Below, piece by piece: positions 30,238 to 39,359 of a stretch of 64,000 bases of DNA. The stretch is from NCBI GenBank assembly GCA_027622375.1, contig JAQCAB010000002.1, forward strand, positions 95,663-159,662, read 5' to 3'. The notes beneath the pieces are model-generated. The model did no database searches and was not told where the DNA came from. It saw only the letters and a program-made list of their open reading frames with translations. Positions within the stretch are counted from its first letter, which is position 1; each line of letters starts with the position of its first letter. The DNA is from Bacteroidota bacterium. GTDB lineage: Bacteria; Bacteroidota; Ignavibacteria; UBA10030; UBA8401. The translations under genes and the position numbers were made by a program.

Positions 30238-31591
30238 TATCCCAATAAAAATTTCCTTTTGTTAATCCTCTATTTCCAAAACCATATTCTGTTCTTACAA
30301 CTAAACTATAGGGCAACAAAAAATGTAATCCAGCGCCATATCCTGTATAAAAAAAAGTTTTAGATATTTTATCTTTACCCCACCAAGCTGCAGATGTATT
30401 TGCAAAAAATGAGAGATAAGTTGCAAATCTAATATCTCTAAACTCCTCAAACGGAATATCTGCAAAATAAAAATATTTAGGTTTAATAATTGGATAATGT
30501 AATTCTGTTGCAAAGGAGCTCAAATTTTCTCCTTCCAAAACATTAAAATAATGCCCTTGTAATCTATCTTGATACCCAAAATATTGATGATCATAAATCG
30601 GAATAAATTTATTTTGAGCGACATTTATAAATATTTTTGCTGTTAAAATATTATCTCCTAAAATTTGTTTGTAAAAACGGGAATCAATAAGGTATCGAAA
30701 ATAATTTGTGGAGACATCCAAGTTATAATATTGATGAAGTTGGTATTTTTGAAAACTACCCGAACTTGGATATTCAATTAAATTGCGCGAGTCGTAATTA
30801 AACTCAATTATTGTTGTAAAAACTTTATCATTAAAATCAGTAGAAGATAAAAGATCGGGAATATTGTAATTCAACTTTATTTGCTTCCAACCAAATAAAA
30901 TTGAAGAGCGTGTATAAACTGAAAATCTTTTACCAATCGTTGCATTAAATAAATTTGTTTTGAATTTAATTGAATCGCCTTCAAATTTTTTACTTCGATT
31001 ATATAAATCAGAGGAAGCTATTTTATAATTACCAAAAATATTATCATCTGAATTTAAATACGGAATATTATGAAAGATAAAAATTGTTGGATCGTAACCC
31101 CGGACTACTTCAAAAAACAAATTTTCTTTTTGTTCTCTAAAATTTATATGTGCAAATCCAACACCATAAAATAATTTATCTGTTTCTTTATCCCGAAAAC
31201 CAAAAATAGGATAAACCAAATAATTTAATCTTTCAACAACATTAATATGTAAATCTGCAGTAGGTAAAAGCGAATCACTATTTGTTTGTTCAATTAATAA
31301 TTCAACTTTTGTAAAAATTCCTAAACTGTAAATTCGTTCGCTATTATAATTTAAATCTTGATGTGTTATTAATGAGTTGGTAAATATTGTAAGCTCGCGT
31401 GTAATTACAAATGACTTTGTTGAACGATTTCCTTGAATTACAATATTTTTTAAATAATAAAATGAATCAGGGAAAGCATATGTTGGACTAATTTTATTTT
31501 GCCCAAAAATATTATTAATTAAAACTATAAATAAAAATAAAAAATATTTGAAAAGTTTTAAAATAAATTTCGATGCTCCACTAAAATACAT
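30221..31591 (-). CDS. Omp85/BamA-family outer membrane protein (single POTRA)
   Basis: N-terminal signal peptide, a POTRA-like segment, a beta-barrel, and a C-terminus ending 'GNFYWDIGAAF'. Confidence 0.55.
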   Translation of the reverse strand: MYFSGASKFILKLFKYFLFLFIVLINNIFGQNKISPTYAFPDSFYYLKNIVIQGNRSTKSFVITRELTIFTNSLITHQDLNYNSERIYSLGIFTKVELLIEQTNSDSLLPTADLHINVVERLNYLVYPIFGFRDKETDKLFYGVGFAHINFREQKENLFFEVVRGYDPTIFIFHNIPYLNSDDNIFGNYKIASSDLYNRSKKFEGDSIKFKTNLFNATIGKRFSVYTRSSILFGWKQIKLNYNIPDLLSSTDFNDKVFTTIIEFNYDSRNLIEYPSSGSFQKYQLHQYYNLDVSTNYFRYLIDSRFYKQILGDNILTAKIFINVAQNKFIPIYDHQYFGYQDRLQGHYFNVLEGENLSSFATELHYPIIKPKYFYFADIPFEEFRDIRFATYLSFFANTSAAWWGKDKISKTFFYTGYGAGLHFLLPYSLVVRTEYGFGNRGLTKGNFYWDIGAAF

Positions 31592-31965
31592 TTGTTCATT
31601 ACAACATCTAAACCAGCATCAATTGCTTTTTGTGCAGCTAACTGATTAATTATTCCAAGTTGCATCCAAATTGATTTTGATTTCACTTTTATTGATTCAT
31701 CAACAACTTCTTCAACATCCTCAGATTTGCGAAAAATATTTACAATATCAATTTCACCAACTTCTTTTGAAAGGGAGGTTAAATTCTCAAAACATTTATA
31801 TCCAAACAGATCACTATAAAGTGGATTAACAGGATATGCTTTATAGCCAACATTTAAAAGATATCTAAAAATATTTCCACTATCTCTTCCAGGCTTTGGA
31901 GATGCGCCGACAACTGCAATAATTATTGAGTTTTTTAACAAATGTAAAATATTTGAATTACCCAT
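31558..31965 (-). CDS. CoA-binding domain protein
   Basis: 'IAVVGASPKPGRDSGNIFRYLLNVGYKAYPVNP' is the CoA-binding fold (YccU-like). Confidence 0.65.
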   Translation of the reverse strand: MGNSNILHLLKNSIIIAVVGASPKPGRDSGNIFRYLLNVGYKAYPVNPLYSDLFGYKCFENLTSLSKEVGEIDIVNIFRKSEDVEEVVDESIKVKSKSIWMQLGIINQLAAQKAIDAGLDVVMNKCILVEHRNLF

Positions 31966-32001
31966 GAGATTAAATATTAATAAAATTCTTTTAGAAAAAA
32001 A

Positions 32002-32778
32002 TTAATTGGTTTCTTTTAAAAGCCAATCATATGCTACTTTTGCGGCATTTTGTTCAGCTTCTTTTTTAGATGAACCAGTTCCTTGGCCTTGAGTAAAATC
32101 ATTAATTAAAACTTCAACAAAAAATGTTTTACTGTGATCAGGTCCTTCAGAATTAATTAATTTATAAATAGGCATTTTCATTTTTTTTGATTGCAAGGTT
32201 TCCAATAATTTGCTTTTAAAATTTGTAGAATCATCTTCCGCAACATAATCTGATAAGGAAGATTCAAAAAATTTCTGAACAAATTTTGTAACAGCTTTTT
32301 CACCACTATCTAAAAAAATAGCACCAACAATTGCTTCAAACGCATCTGAAATAACAGTGTTAATTCCTTTCCGGTTTGAGAATGAAAGCTTTGGATGAAT
32401 TTTAATAAATTTGGTGAGTTGTAATTTTTCGCCATATTTAATTAAAGCAACTTTACTTACAAGCTTTGAACGTGTTACAGTCATAAACCCCTCTGAAGCT
32501 TTTGGATAATTTTTATATAAAAATTTTGCAGCCTCCAAGCTTAATACGGCATCACCTAAAAACTCTAATCGTTCGTTCGAAAATGAAGATAATTGTTCAG
32601 CTTTATTTTTTTGAATTACAGAGCTGTGTGTTAATGCAAGAATAAATAATTTTTTAGATTTAATTTTATAATTTAAAGTTTCTTCAAGAGCTTTAAATTC
32701 CGAAATATTAAATTTAAAAGGTTTTAATAACTCACCTATTTTTGAAATTATATTTTTAAGTTTTGGGTGAGTTGGCAT
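32002..32778 (-). CDS. rnc: Ribonuclease III
   Basis: 'ERLEFLGDAVL' catalytic signature and a dsRBD-containing C-terminus. Confidence 0.9.
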   Translation of the reverse strand: MPTHPKLKNIISKIGELLKPFKFNISEFKALEETLNYKIKSKKLFILALTHSSVIQKNKAEQLSSFSNERLEFLGDAVLSLEAAKFLYKNYPKASEGFMTVTRSKLVSKVALIKYGEKLQLTKFIKIHPKLSFSNRKGINTVISDAFEAIVGAIFLDSGEKAVTKFVQKFFESSLSDYVAEDDSTNFKSKLLETLQSKKMKMPIYKLINSEGPDHSKTFFVEVLINDFTQGQGTGSSKKEAEQNAAKVAYDWLLKETN

Positions 32779-32805
32779 AAATTAGTTATCCAACAATTTT
32801 AATAT

Positions 32806-34059
32806 TTATTGTTGATATCGTTTAAATAATAATGTTGCATTATGACCACCAAAACCAAATGTGTTACTTATTACTACATTAACTTCTTTTTGAATTGATT
32901 TATTTGGTACATAAAATAAATCACATTCAGGGTCTGGGAATTCATAATTTATTGTTGGGTGTATATTTTGTGTTTGTAAAGTTTTTATACAAGCAATTGC
33001 TTCAATAGCACCTGCTGCACCAAGCAAATGCCCAGTCATTGATTTTGTAGAATTTACAGCAATATTTTTTGCATGAGCACCAAATAATGTTTTTATGGCA
33101 CTCGTTTCATTTTTATCATTACCCGCTGTTGATGTGCCATGAGAATTTATATAATCAACATCAGATAATTGTAAATCCGCATCTTCAATTGCAAGTTTCA
33201 TTGATCTGACAGCACCTTCACCACCGGGAGCTGGATCAGTAATATGATGAGCATCGGCAGTTAAACCAATTCCAGAAATTTCTGCAAAAATTTGTGCATT
33301 TCTATTTAAAGCGCTTTCAAGAGATTCCAAAACTAAAACCGCTCCACCTTCTCCCATTACAAATCCATCACGAGTTTTATCAAATGGTCGACTTGCTTTT
33401 TGTGGTTCATCATTTCTTGTTGAAAGGGCACCCGCTTGAATAAATCCACCAATTGCCATCGGAGTAATGGTTGCTTCTGATCCACCAGTTAATATTATAT
33501 CTGCAGATCCACGTTGAATTAACATAAATGCGTCAGCAATTGCATGACTTGCTGTAGCACATGCCGAAACAGTTGCATAATTTGGTCCCTTTAATCCATA
33601 TTTAATTGAGATTCTTCCGGCTGCAATATCAATTATCAACATTGGAATAAAAAATGGACTAATTCTTGATGGCGATGAATCTAAAAGATTTTTATGCTGA
33701 GTTTCAAAAGTTTTGACTCCACCAATACCAGAACCGAATATTACACCAATTCTTGTTTTATCAATATTATCAAAATTAATCCCACTAGATTTAACAGCTT
33801 CGTCAGCGGCTGCAAGAGCAAATTGAGTAAATGGATCAACTCTTTGCGCAAGTTTACGATCCATATAATTTAATGGATCAAAATTTTTTAATTGAGCAGC
33901 AAATTTTGTTTTAAAATTAGTTGTGTCAAAATAAGTTATTGGAGCAGCACCACTAACTCCATTTAAAAGATTTTTCCAATATTCATCAACAGTTAAACCA
34001 ATTGGAGTAATTGCACCCATCCCCGTTACAACAACTCTGCGAAATATTTTTTGACTCAC
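32806..34059 (-). CDS. fabF: Beta-ketoacyl-ACP synthase II
   Basis: KAS II length and motifs, with the active-site Cys in 'ATVSACATASHAI'. Downstream of acpP. Confidence 0.93.
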   Translation of the reverse strand: MSQKIFRRVVVTGMGAITPIGLTVDEYWKNLLNGVSGAAPITYFDTTNFKTKFAAQLKNFDPLNYMDRKLAQRVDPFTQFALAAADEAVKSSGINFDNIDKTRIGVIFGSGIGGVKTFETQHKNLLDSSPSRISPFFIPMLIIDIAAGRISIKYGLKGPNYATVSACATASHAIADAFMLIQRGSADIILTGGSEATITPMAIGGFIQAGALSTRNDEPQKASRPFDKTRDGFVMGEGGAVLVLESLESALNRNAQIFAEISGIGLTADAHHITDPAPGGEGAVRSMKLAIEDADLQLSDVDYINSHGTSTAGNDKNETSAIKTLFGAHAKNIAVNSTKSMTGHLLGAAGAIEAIACIKTLQTQNIHPTINYEFPDPECDLFYVPNKSIQKEVNVVISNTFGFGGHNATLLFKRYQQ

Positions 34060-34124
34060 TATTTTTTTTATAAAAAATAAAAATGGGGCTGATTTATAAC
34101 CCCATTAAATTAGAAAAATAAAAT

Positions 34125-34361
34125 TTAATTTTTTTTCGAAGTAATATATTTTACAGCTTCACCAACCGATGTGATTTTTTCTGCATCGTCATCAGGGATT
34201 GTAATTCCGAAAACTTTTTCGAATTCCATTACAAGTTCAACTGTATCAAGTGAATCTGCGCCAAGGTCATTTGTAAATGAGGCCTCTGTTGTAATTTGGG
34301 CGGCATCAACACCTAATTTATTAATAATAATTTCTTTTACTTTTGATTCAACATCTGACAT
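34125..34361 (-). CDS. acpP: Acyl carrier protein
   Basis: '[16 protein letters not shown]' phosphopantetheine-attachment site. The start is probably MSDVESK, not the track's extended start. Confidence 0.9.
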   Translation of the reverse strand: MSDVESKVKEIIINKLGVDAAQITTEASFTNDLGADSLDTVELVMEFEKVFGITIPDDDAEKITSVGEAVKYITSKKN

Positions 34362-34395
34362 AACATAATCTCCTTTCATTATTTTTTGCCAATAA

Positions 34396-35142
34396 TTACA
34401 TTCCTAAGCCACCATCAACACAAAGTACTTGTCCAGTAATGTAACTTGCATCTGATGATGCTAAAAACATCACAGCGCTTGCAACTTCTTCTGGTTTTGC
34501 AGTTCGGCGCAAAGGTATTGCGCCCAAGATAGCTTCTTTTTGTTTTTCATTCAACTTTTCTGTCATTTCTGTATCGATATAACCGGGGGCAATTGCATTA
34601 ACTTGAATATTCCGACTTCCAAGTTCTTTTGCAATTGCTTTTGTAAATCCAATTATTCCTGCCTTTGATGCAACGTAATTTGATTGTCCGGGATTTCCGG
34701 TAATGCCAACAACGGATGAGATGTTAATTATTTTTCCACTTCGAGCAGAAATCATAAATTTACTTATAGCTTTTGTAAAATTAAAAACACTTTTTAAATT
34801 ATTTGAAATAACTTCATCCCAATCATTTTCGGGCATCCGAATTAATAAACCATCTTTTGTAATTCCGGCATTATTTACAAGTATATCAATTTTGCCAAAA
34901 TCTTTAATAATTTCATCAATCAATAAACTTGTTTCGTTTGTATTTGATGCATCAGACTTGTAAGATTTTACTATTTTTTTATTTTGTAAAAGTTCATTTG
35001 TTAATTCGTCGGCTTCTTTTTGAGAATGGCGAAAAGTAAAAGCAACTTTTGCGCCATGGTTTGCAAGCATTATTACAATTGCTCGTCCAATCCCACGTGA
35101 CCCGCCAGTTACAATCGCAACTTTGTTTTCTAGTTTATTCAT
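34396..35142 (-). CDS. fabG: 3-oxoacyl-ACP reductase
   Basis: SDR family: '[15 protein letters not shown]' and 'YVASKAG'. Confidence 0.92.
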   Translation of the reverse strand: MNKLENKVAIVTGGSRGIGRAIVIMLANHGAKVAFTFRHSQKEADELTNELLQNKKIVKSYKSDASNTNETSLLIDEIIKDFGKIDILVNNAGITKDGLLIRMPENDWDEVISNNLKSVFNFTKAISKFMISARSGKIINISSVVGITGNPGQSNYVASKAGIIGFTKAIAKELGSRNIQVNAIAPGYIDTEMTEKLNEKQKEAILGAIPLRRTAKPEEVASAVMFLASSDASYITGQVLCVDGGLGM

Positions 35143-35198
35143 TCAATTGTTTTTACTATTTATGAATTTTATTTTTCTATTGCAAAAAATAATTTTAA

Positions 35199-36128
35199 TT
35201 ATTTTTGATCCACAAATTCTTTAAAATCCAATATTTTATCGATTCCTGAACATTGTAATTTAGAAGTTCGTTTAACTAAACCCTGCAATACCTTTCCGGG
35301 GCCTATTTCAATAAAACTTGATACATTAGTTTTTTCAATTGTTTTAATTGTTTCTTCCCATCGGACAGGAGATGTAACTTGTTCAATTAAAAGATTTCTT
35401 ATTGTTTCAGAATCTTGTACAACGCTTGCAGTTACATTTGCAAAAAGTTGATTTGAGATTGAATTTATTTTTGTGATTTCTAGTGCAGTTTTGAGTTTTG
35501 ATTTTGCACTATTCATTAATGGAGAGTGGAATGCACCACTTACAACAAGTTCTTTTACAAGTTTTGCGCCCGACTCTTTTGCAAGTAGCATTGCATTTTT
35601 AACACCTTCAATTGAACCAGAAATTACAATTTGCCCTGGAGAATTAAAATTTGCTGGTGTTACAATTCCAACTTTTTCAGAATCTTTACAAATATTTACT
35701 ACAGCACTTTCATCTAATCCAACAATCGCTGCCATTGTTCCTGGGAATTCAACACCTGTATTTTGCATTAACTCACCACGCAACCGAACTAATTTAATTC
35801 CATCTTCAAATGACATTCCATTTGCGGCAACTAGTGCTGAGTATTCTCCAAGAGAATGCCCTGCAACAACAAAATTTGGATTTATTTTTTTAAACTCTTC
35901 AAGCAGCATCCAAATAATTAGACTATGTAAAAAAATTGCTGGCTGTGTATTTTTAGTTTGTTTTAATTCTTCTTCAGGACCATCAAAACAAATTTTTGAA
36001 AGATGAAATCCCAAAACATCATCTGCAAAATTAAAAATTTCTTTTGCTTTCGGGTATTCATCAAAAAAATCTTTTCCCATTCCAACATATTGCGAACCTT
36101 GCCCTGGAAAAATATAAGCTATCGACAT
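35199..36128 (-). CDS. fabD: Malonyl CoA-ACP transacylase
   Basis: 'GHSLGEYSAL' active-site motif. Confidence 0.92.
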   Translation of the reverse strand: MSIAYIFPGQGSQYVGMGKDFFDEYPKAKEIFNFADDVLGFHLSKICFDGPEEELKQTKNTQPAIFLHSLIIWMLLEEFKKINPNFVVAGHSLGEYSALVAANGMSFEDGIKLVRLRGELMQNTGVEFPGTMAAIVGLDESAVVNICKDSEKVGIVTPANFNSPGQIVISGSIEGVKNAMLLAKESGAKLVKELVVSGAFHSPLMNSAKSKLKTALEITKINSISNQLFANVTASVVQDSETIRNLLIEQVTSPVRWEETIKTIEKTNVSSFIEIGPGKVLQGLVKRTSKLQCSGIDKILDFKEFVDQK

Positions 36129-36137
36129 TTATAAAAA

Positions 36138-37130
36138 TTAATCAATTGACCACTTAATATAAACTGCGCCCCAAGTATAACCTGCACCAAAACTTGAAAG
36201 AATTAAATTTTGTCCCTTTTTAATTTTTCCTTGCTCGTGCCATTCAGATAAACAAATTGGAATTGTTGCTGCGGTTGTATTTCCATATCGATCGATATTA
36301 ATCATAACTTTTGATTTATCAATTCCCATTCTTTCAGCACATGCATCAATAATTCTTAAATTTGCTTGATGGGGAACTAGCCAATCAACAGTTTCGCTTG
36401 TTAAATTATTGCGTTGCATAACTTCTACAGAAACATTTGCCATTCCGAGAACAGCCTCTTTAAAAACTGCTTTTCCATCTTGAACTAAATAATGTAAACC
36501 TTTATCAATAGTTTCATGTGTTGGCGGATTTAAGCTACCACTTCCTTTCATATAAAGAAATTCCGCACCTGAACCATCAGAATATAAACGATGATCAATA
36601 ATACCATAATTTTCAATTGGTGATGGCTCAAGCAAAACAACACCAGCCCCATCTCCAAAAAGAATACAAGTATTTCTATCTTTATAATCTAAAATTGAAC
36701 TCATTTTATCTGCGCCGATAACTAAAACTTTTTTTCTTGAACCACTTTCAATCATTTGCGCGCCAACAACTAATGCATATAAAAATCCAGAACAAGCAGC
36801 TGATAAATCGAATGCAATTGCATTTTTTGCAACAATTTTTTGTTGGATTATACAAGCTGTTGATGGGAAAAACATATCAGGTGTAACTGTTGCAACAATT
36901 ATTGCATCAATTTCTAAAGGATCTAAATTTTTTTGTTCGATAATTTTTTTAATTGCTGGAATGGCTAAATCACTGGTAGCGCCATTTTTTAAAATTCTTC
37001 TTTCGCTGATTCCTGTTCTTGAACGAATCCACTCATCATTTGTATCAACAAGTTTTTCTAAATCATGATTTGTAATTTTATCTTTGGGTACAAAATGACT
37101 AACGGCAGTTATTGTTGCATTTATTTTCAT
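36138..37130 (-). CDS. fabH: Beta-ketoacyl-ACP synthase III
   Basis: KAS III length and motifs: 'AACSGFLYAL' and 'GNTTAATIP'. Confidence 0.92.
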   Translation of the reverse strand: MKINATITAVSHFVPKDKITNHDLEKLVDTNDEWIRSRTGISERRILKNGATSDLAIPAIKKIIEQKNLDPLEIDAIIVATVTPDMFFPSTACIIQQKIVAKNAIAFDLSAACSGFLYALVVGAQMIESGSRKKVLVIGADKMSSILDYKDRNTCILFGDGAGVVLLEPSPIENYGIIDHRLYSDGSGAEFLYMKGSGSLNPPTHETIDKGLHYLVQDGKAVFKEAVLGMANVSVEVMQRNNLTSETVDWLVPHQANLRIIDACAERMGIDKSKVMINIDRYGNTTAATIPICLSEWHEQGKIKKGQNLILSSFGAGYTWGAVYIKWSID

Positions 37131-37139
37131 AAAAAATAT

Positions 37140-38192
37140 TTAAATAATTCCGGCAGAGTGTTCATATTCTTCAGCTTCATGGAGAATTGAACGAATATGT
37201 TCATTAACATTTTGCATAACCATTTCCTCGGTTCGTAAAATCATATTTTTAATTGCTTTTGGTGTTGAGCGCCCGTGACCAATTATTATTGCTCCATTAA
37301 CTCCTAAAAGTGGAACGCCACCATATTCTTCATAATCAAGATCTTTAAAGACAGATTTAATTGAACTGCGTAATAAGGCCATCATCAATTTATTTTTAAA
37401 AGATAATTTTGAGAATTCAGTAAATTTAAATTTTAAAAAAGATGGTATGCTTTCTCCAAACTTCATTACAATATTTCCTAAAAACCCATCACAAACTACA
37501 ATATCGGCTTTCCCTTCTAGAACATCTCCTCCTTCGATATTTCCAATAAATCGGACAATTTTTTCTCCGGAAGAATAAAGTTTAAATGTTTCTTTTGTTT
37601 TTTCATCTCCTTTAGAAGTTTCTTCACCGATATTTAAAAGCCCTACAGTTGGATGTTTTTTCCCCAAAACAAATTCATAATAGATTGATCCCATCAATCC
37701 AAACTCGTATAAATAATGAGGTTTTGTATCAGGTACAGCGCCAACATCCAGAACTAAAGTAGTTCCTTTTTTTGTTGGGAAGAAAGCACAAATAGTTGGC
37801 CTGCTAACACCTTTGATCCTCCCGAGAATCATTGTTGCAGCAGCAGTCATCGCGCCAGTATTTCCGGCGCTTGTGAATGCATCAACTTTATTTTCTTTTA
37901 ATAAATTCATCCCGACAACAATTGATGAATTTTGTTTTTGTCTTAATGCAGTAACAGGTGATTCATGCATTCCGATTACTTCGTCAGCATTTATTACTGA
38001 AAAATCTAATCCTTTTGAATTTTGTTTTTTTATTTCCGCTAGAATTAATTTTTCTTTTCCAACAAAAACTAAATGAAAGCGATTATTTGATGAACGTAAA
38101 ATCTCAAGCCCCCCTCTAACTTCATTTTCGGGAGCGTAATCACCACCGAAAGCATCAATCGCAATTTTTATTTTATTTGTAGAAATAGACAA
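37140..38192 (-). CDS. plsX: Phosphate acyltransferase PlsX
   Basis: 'KIAIDAFGGDYAPE' PlsX N-terminus. Position between rpmF and fabH. Confidence 0.9.
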   Translation of the reverse strand: MSISTNKIKIAIDAFGGDYAPENEVRGGLEILRSSNNRFHLVFVGKEKLILAEIKKQNSKGLDFSVINADEVIGMHESPVTALRQKQNSSIVVGMNLLKENKVDAFTSAGNTGAMTAAATMILGRIKGVSRPTICAFFPTKKGTTLVLDVGAVPDTKPHYLYEFGLMGSIYYEFVLGKKHPTVGLLNIGEETSKGDEKTKETFKLYSSGEKIVRFIGNIEGGDVLEGKADIVVCDGFLGNIVMKFGESIPSFLKFKFTEFSKLSFKNKLMMALLRSSIKSVFKDLDYEEYGGVPLLGVNGAIIIGHGRSTPKAIKNMILRTEEMVMQNVNEHIRSILHEAEEYEHSAGII

Positions 38193-38197
38193 AAAAA

Positions 38198-38383
38198 TTA
38201 TTTTGCTTTTTTAGGAATCAACGCTGTTCTTCCGCGATAGTATCCACAATTAGGACAAGCGCGGTGCATTAATTTCTTTTCACCACATTGCGGACACTTA
38301 CCAGTTGTTGGCACGGTTGCTTTGTAATGTGTTCGGCGTTTTTTACTTCTTGTTTTTGAATGTCTACGTTTTGGATTTGGCAT
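38198..38383 (-). CDS. rpmF: 50S ribosomal protein L32
   Basis: '[17 protein letters not shown]' and a CxxC...CxxC zinc ribbon. Confidence 0.9.
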   Translation of the reverse strand: MPNPKRRHSKTRSKKRRTHYKATVPTTGKCPQCGEKKLMHRACPNCGYYRGRTALIPKKAK

Positions 38384-38417
38384 TTTCTACTCCTTTAAGG
38401 TGTTCAGTTTTTCTATT

Positions 38418-38954
38418 TTAATTTTTTGTTAGTAGATCTTTTAATTTTGTAAATCGGGGATCTATTTCTTTAATGTGACAGTTGCAAATATTATTTTCAA
38501 TTTTATTTAAATTTTTTCCACAGTATTGACATAATCCAAAACAATCATCATTACATAATATTTTTAATGGCAAAGTAAGTAGTATGCTTTCTCGAACTCC
38601 ATCAGAAATATCTATCTCAGTAGTTGATGGTGATATCTCAATTTCAGTATCAAACTCGCGACTCGTTAAAGATAAATTGTATGAAGCACGCAATTTATAA
38701 TTAGCTACAAACTCTCTAACAACTTCTTCAGAACATCTAGCACAAATACAATTATTTTTAAAAAAAATATTTGATGAAATTATTATCTCTTCTTGGTTTT
38801 TATCTAAATTAGTTTCAACAATAATTTGATCGCCAAAATTATCCTCTAAATCTAAATGCTTACTTAAAAGTTCTTTAGATATAAAGGTTTTTCCATTTGG
38901 GATGGAAACAATATTATATTTGAGATTACTATCCATTATTAATAATGATACCAA
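38418..38954 (-). CDS. yceD: YceD/DUF177 family protein (large-subunit rRNA accumulation)
   Basis: Conserved position upstream of rpmF-plsX, and a C-terminal pair of CxxC motifs. Confidence 0.75.
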   Translation of the reverse strand: MVSLLIMDSNLKYNIVSIPNGKTFISKELLSKHLDLEDNFGDQIIVETNLDKNQEEIIISSNIFFKNNCICARCSEEVVREFVANYKLRASYNLSLTSREFDTEIEISPSTTEIDISDGVRESILLTLPLKILCNDDCFGLCQYCGKNLNKIENNICNCHIKEIDPRFTKLKDLLTKN

Positions 38955-39026
38955 TGAACAAATTTTTTCTATGGAGAAATTTTGCTCAATATACCGAGAG
39001 TTGAGAAATTAAGCAAGATAAGAAAA

Positions 39027-39323
39027 CTAATCGTGGTGCTCTTGGTCTTGCGAACGATTAGAATAAGTTACACCTAATTCTTTTAATTTATTTTCGGCAA
39101 AACTTACAGATTGATTAAATGATTCTAAAAAGTTTTTAAAATCTTCCTTATAAACAAAAATTTTACTTCTGCTAATTTTACCTTCCATTTTTTTATTTTC
39201 AGTGATGACCACATAAAAATCATTTTCAGCTTTTGTAGCGCGTACATCAAAGAAGTAGCTTCTTCTCCCGGCGCGAATTTTAACGGTGTGTAGTGGTTGG
39301 TTTTTCGGATCGTTCATTTCCAT
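39027..39323 (-). CDS. DUF3276 (PUR-like nucleic-acid-binding) protein
   Basis: 'VKIRAGRRSYFFDVRATKAENDFYVVITENKK...SKIFVYKEDFKNFLESF' matches the DUF3276 pattern. Confidence 0.5.
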   Translation of the reverse strand: MEMNDPKNQPLHTVKIRAGRRSYFFDVRATKAENDFYVVITENKKMEGKISRSKIFVYKEDFKNFLESFNQSVSFAENKLKELGVTYSNRSQDQEHHD

Positions 39324-39359
39324 AACTGCTCCTTTTTTATTTGTTTAAAAATAAATTCT

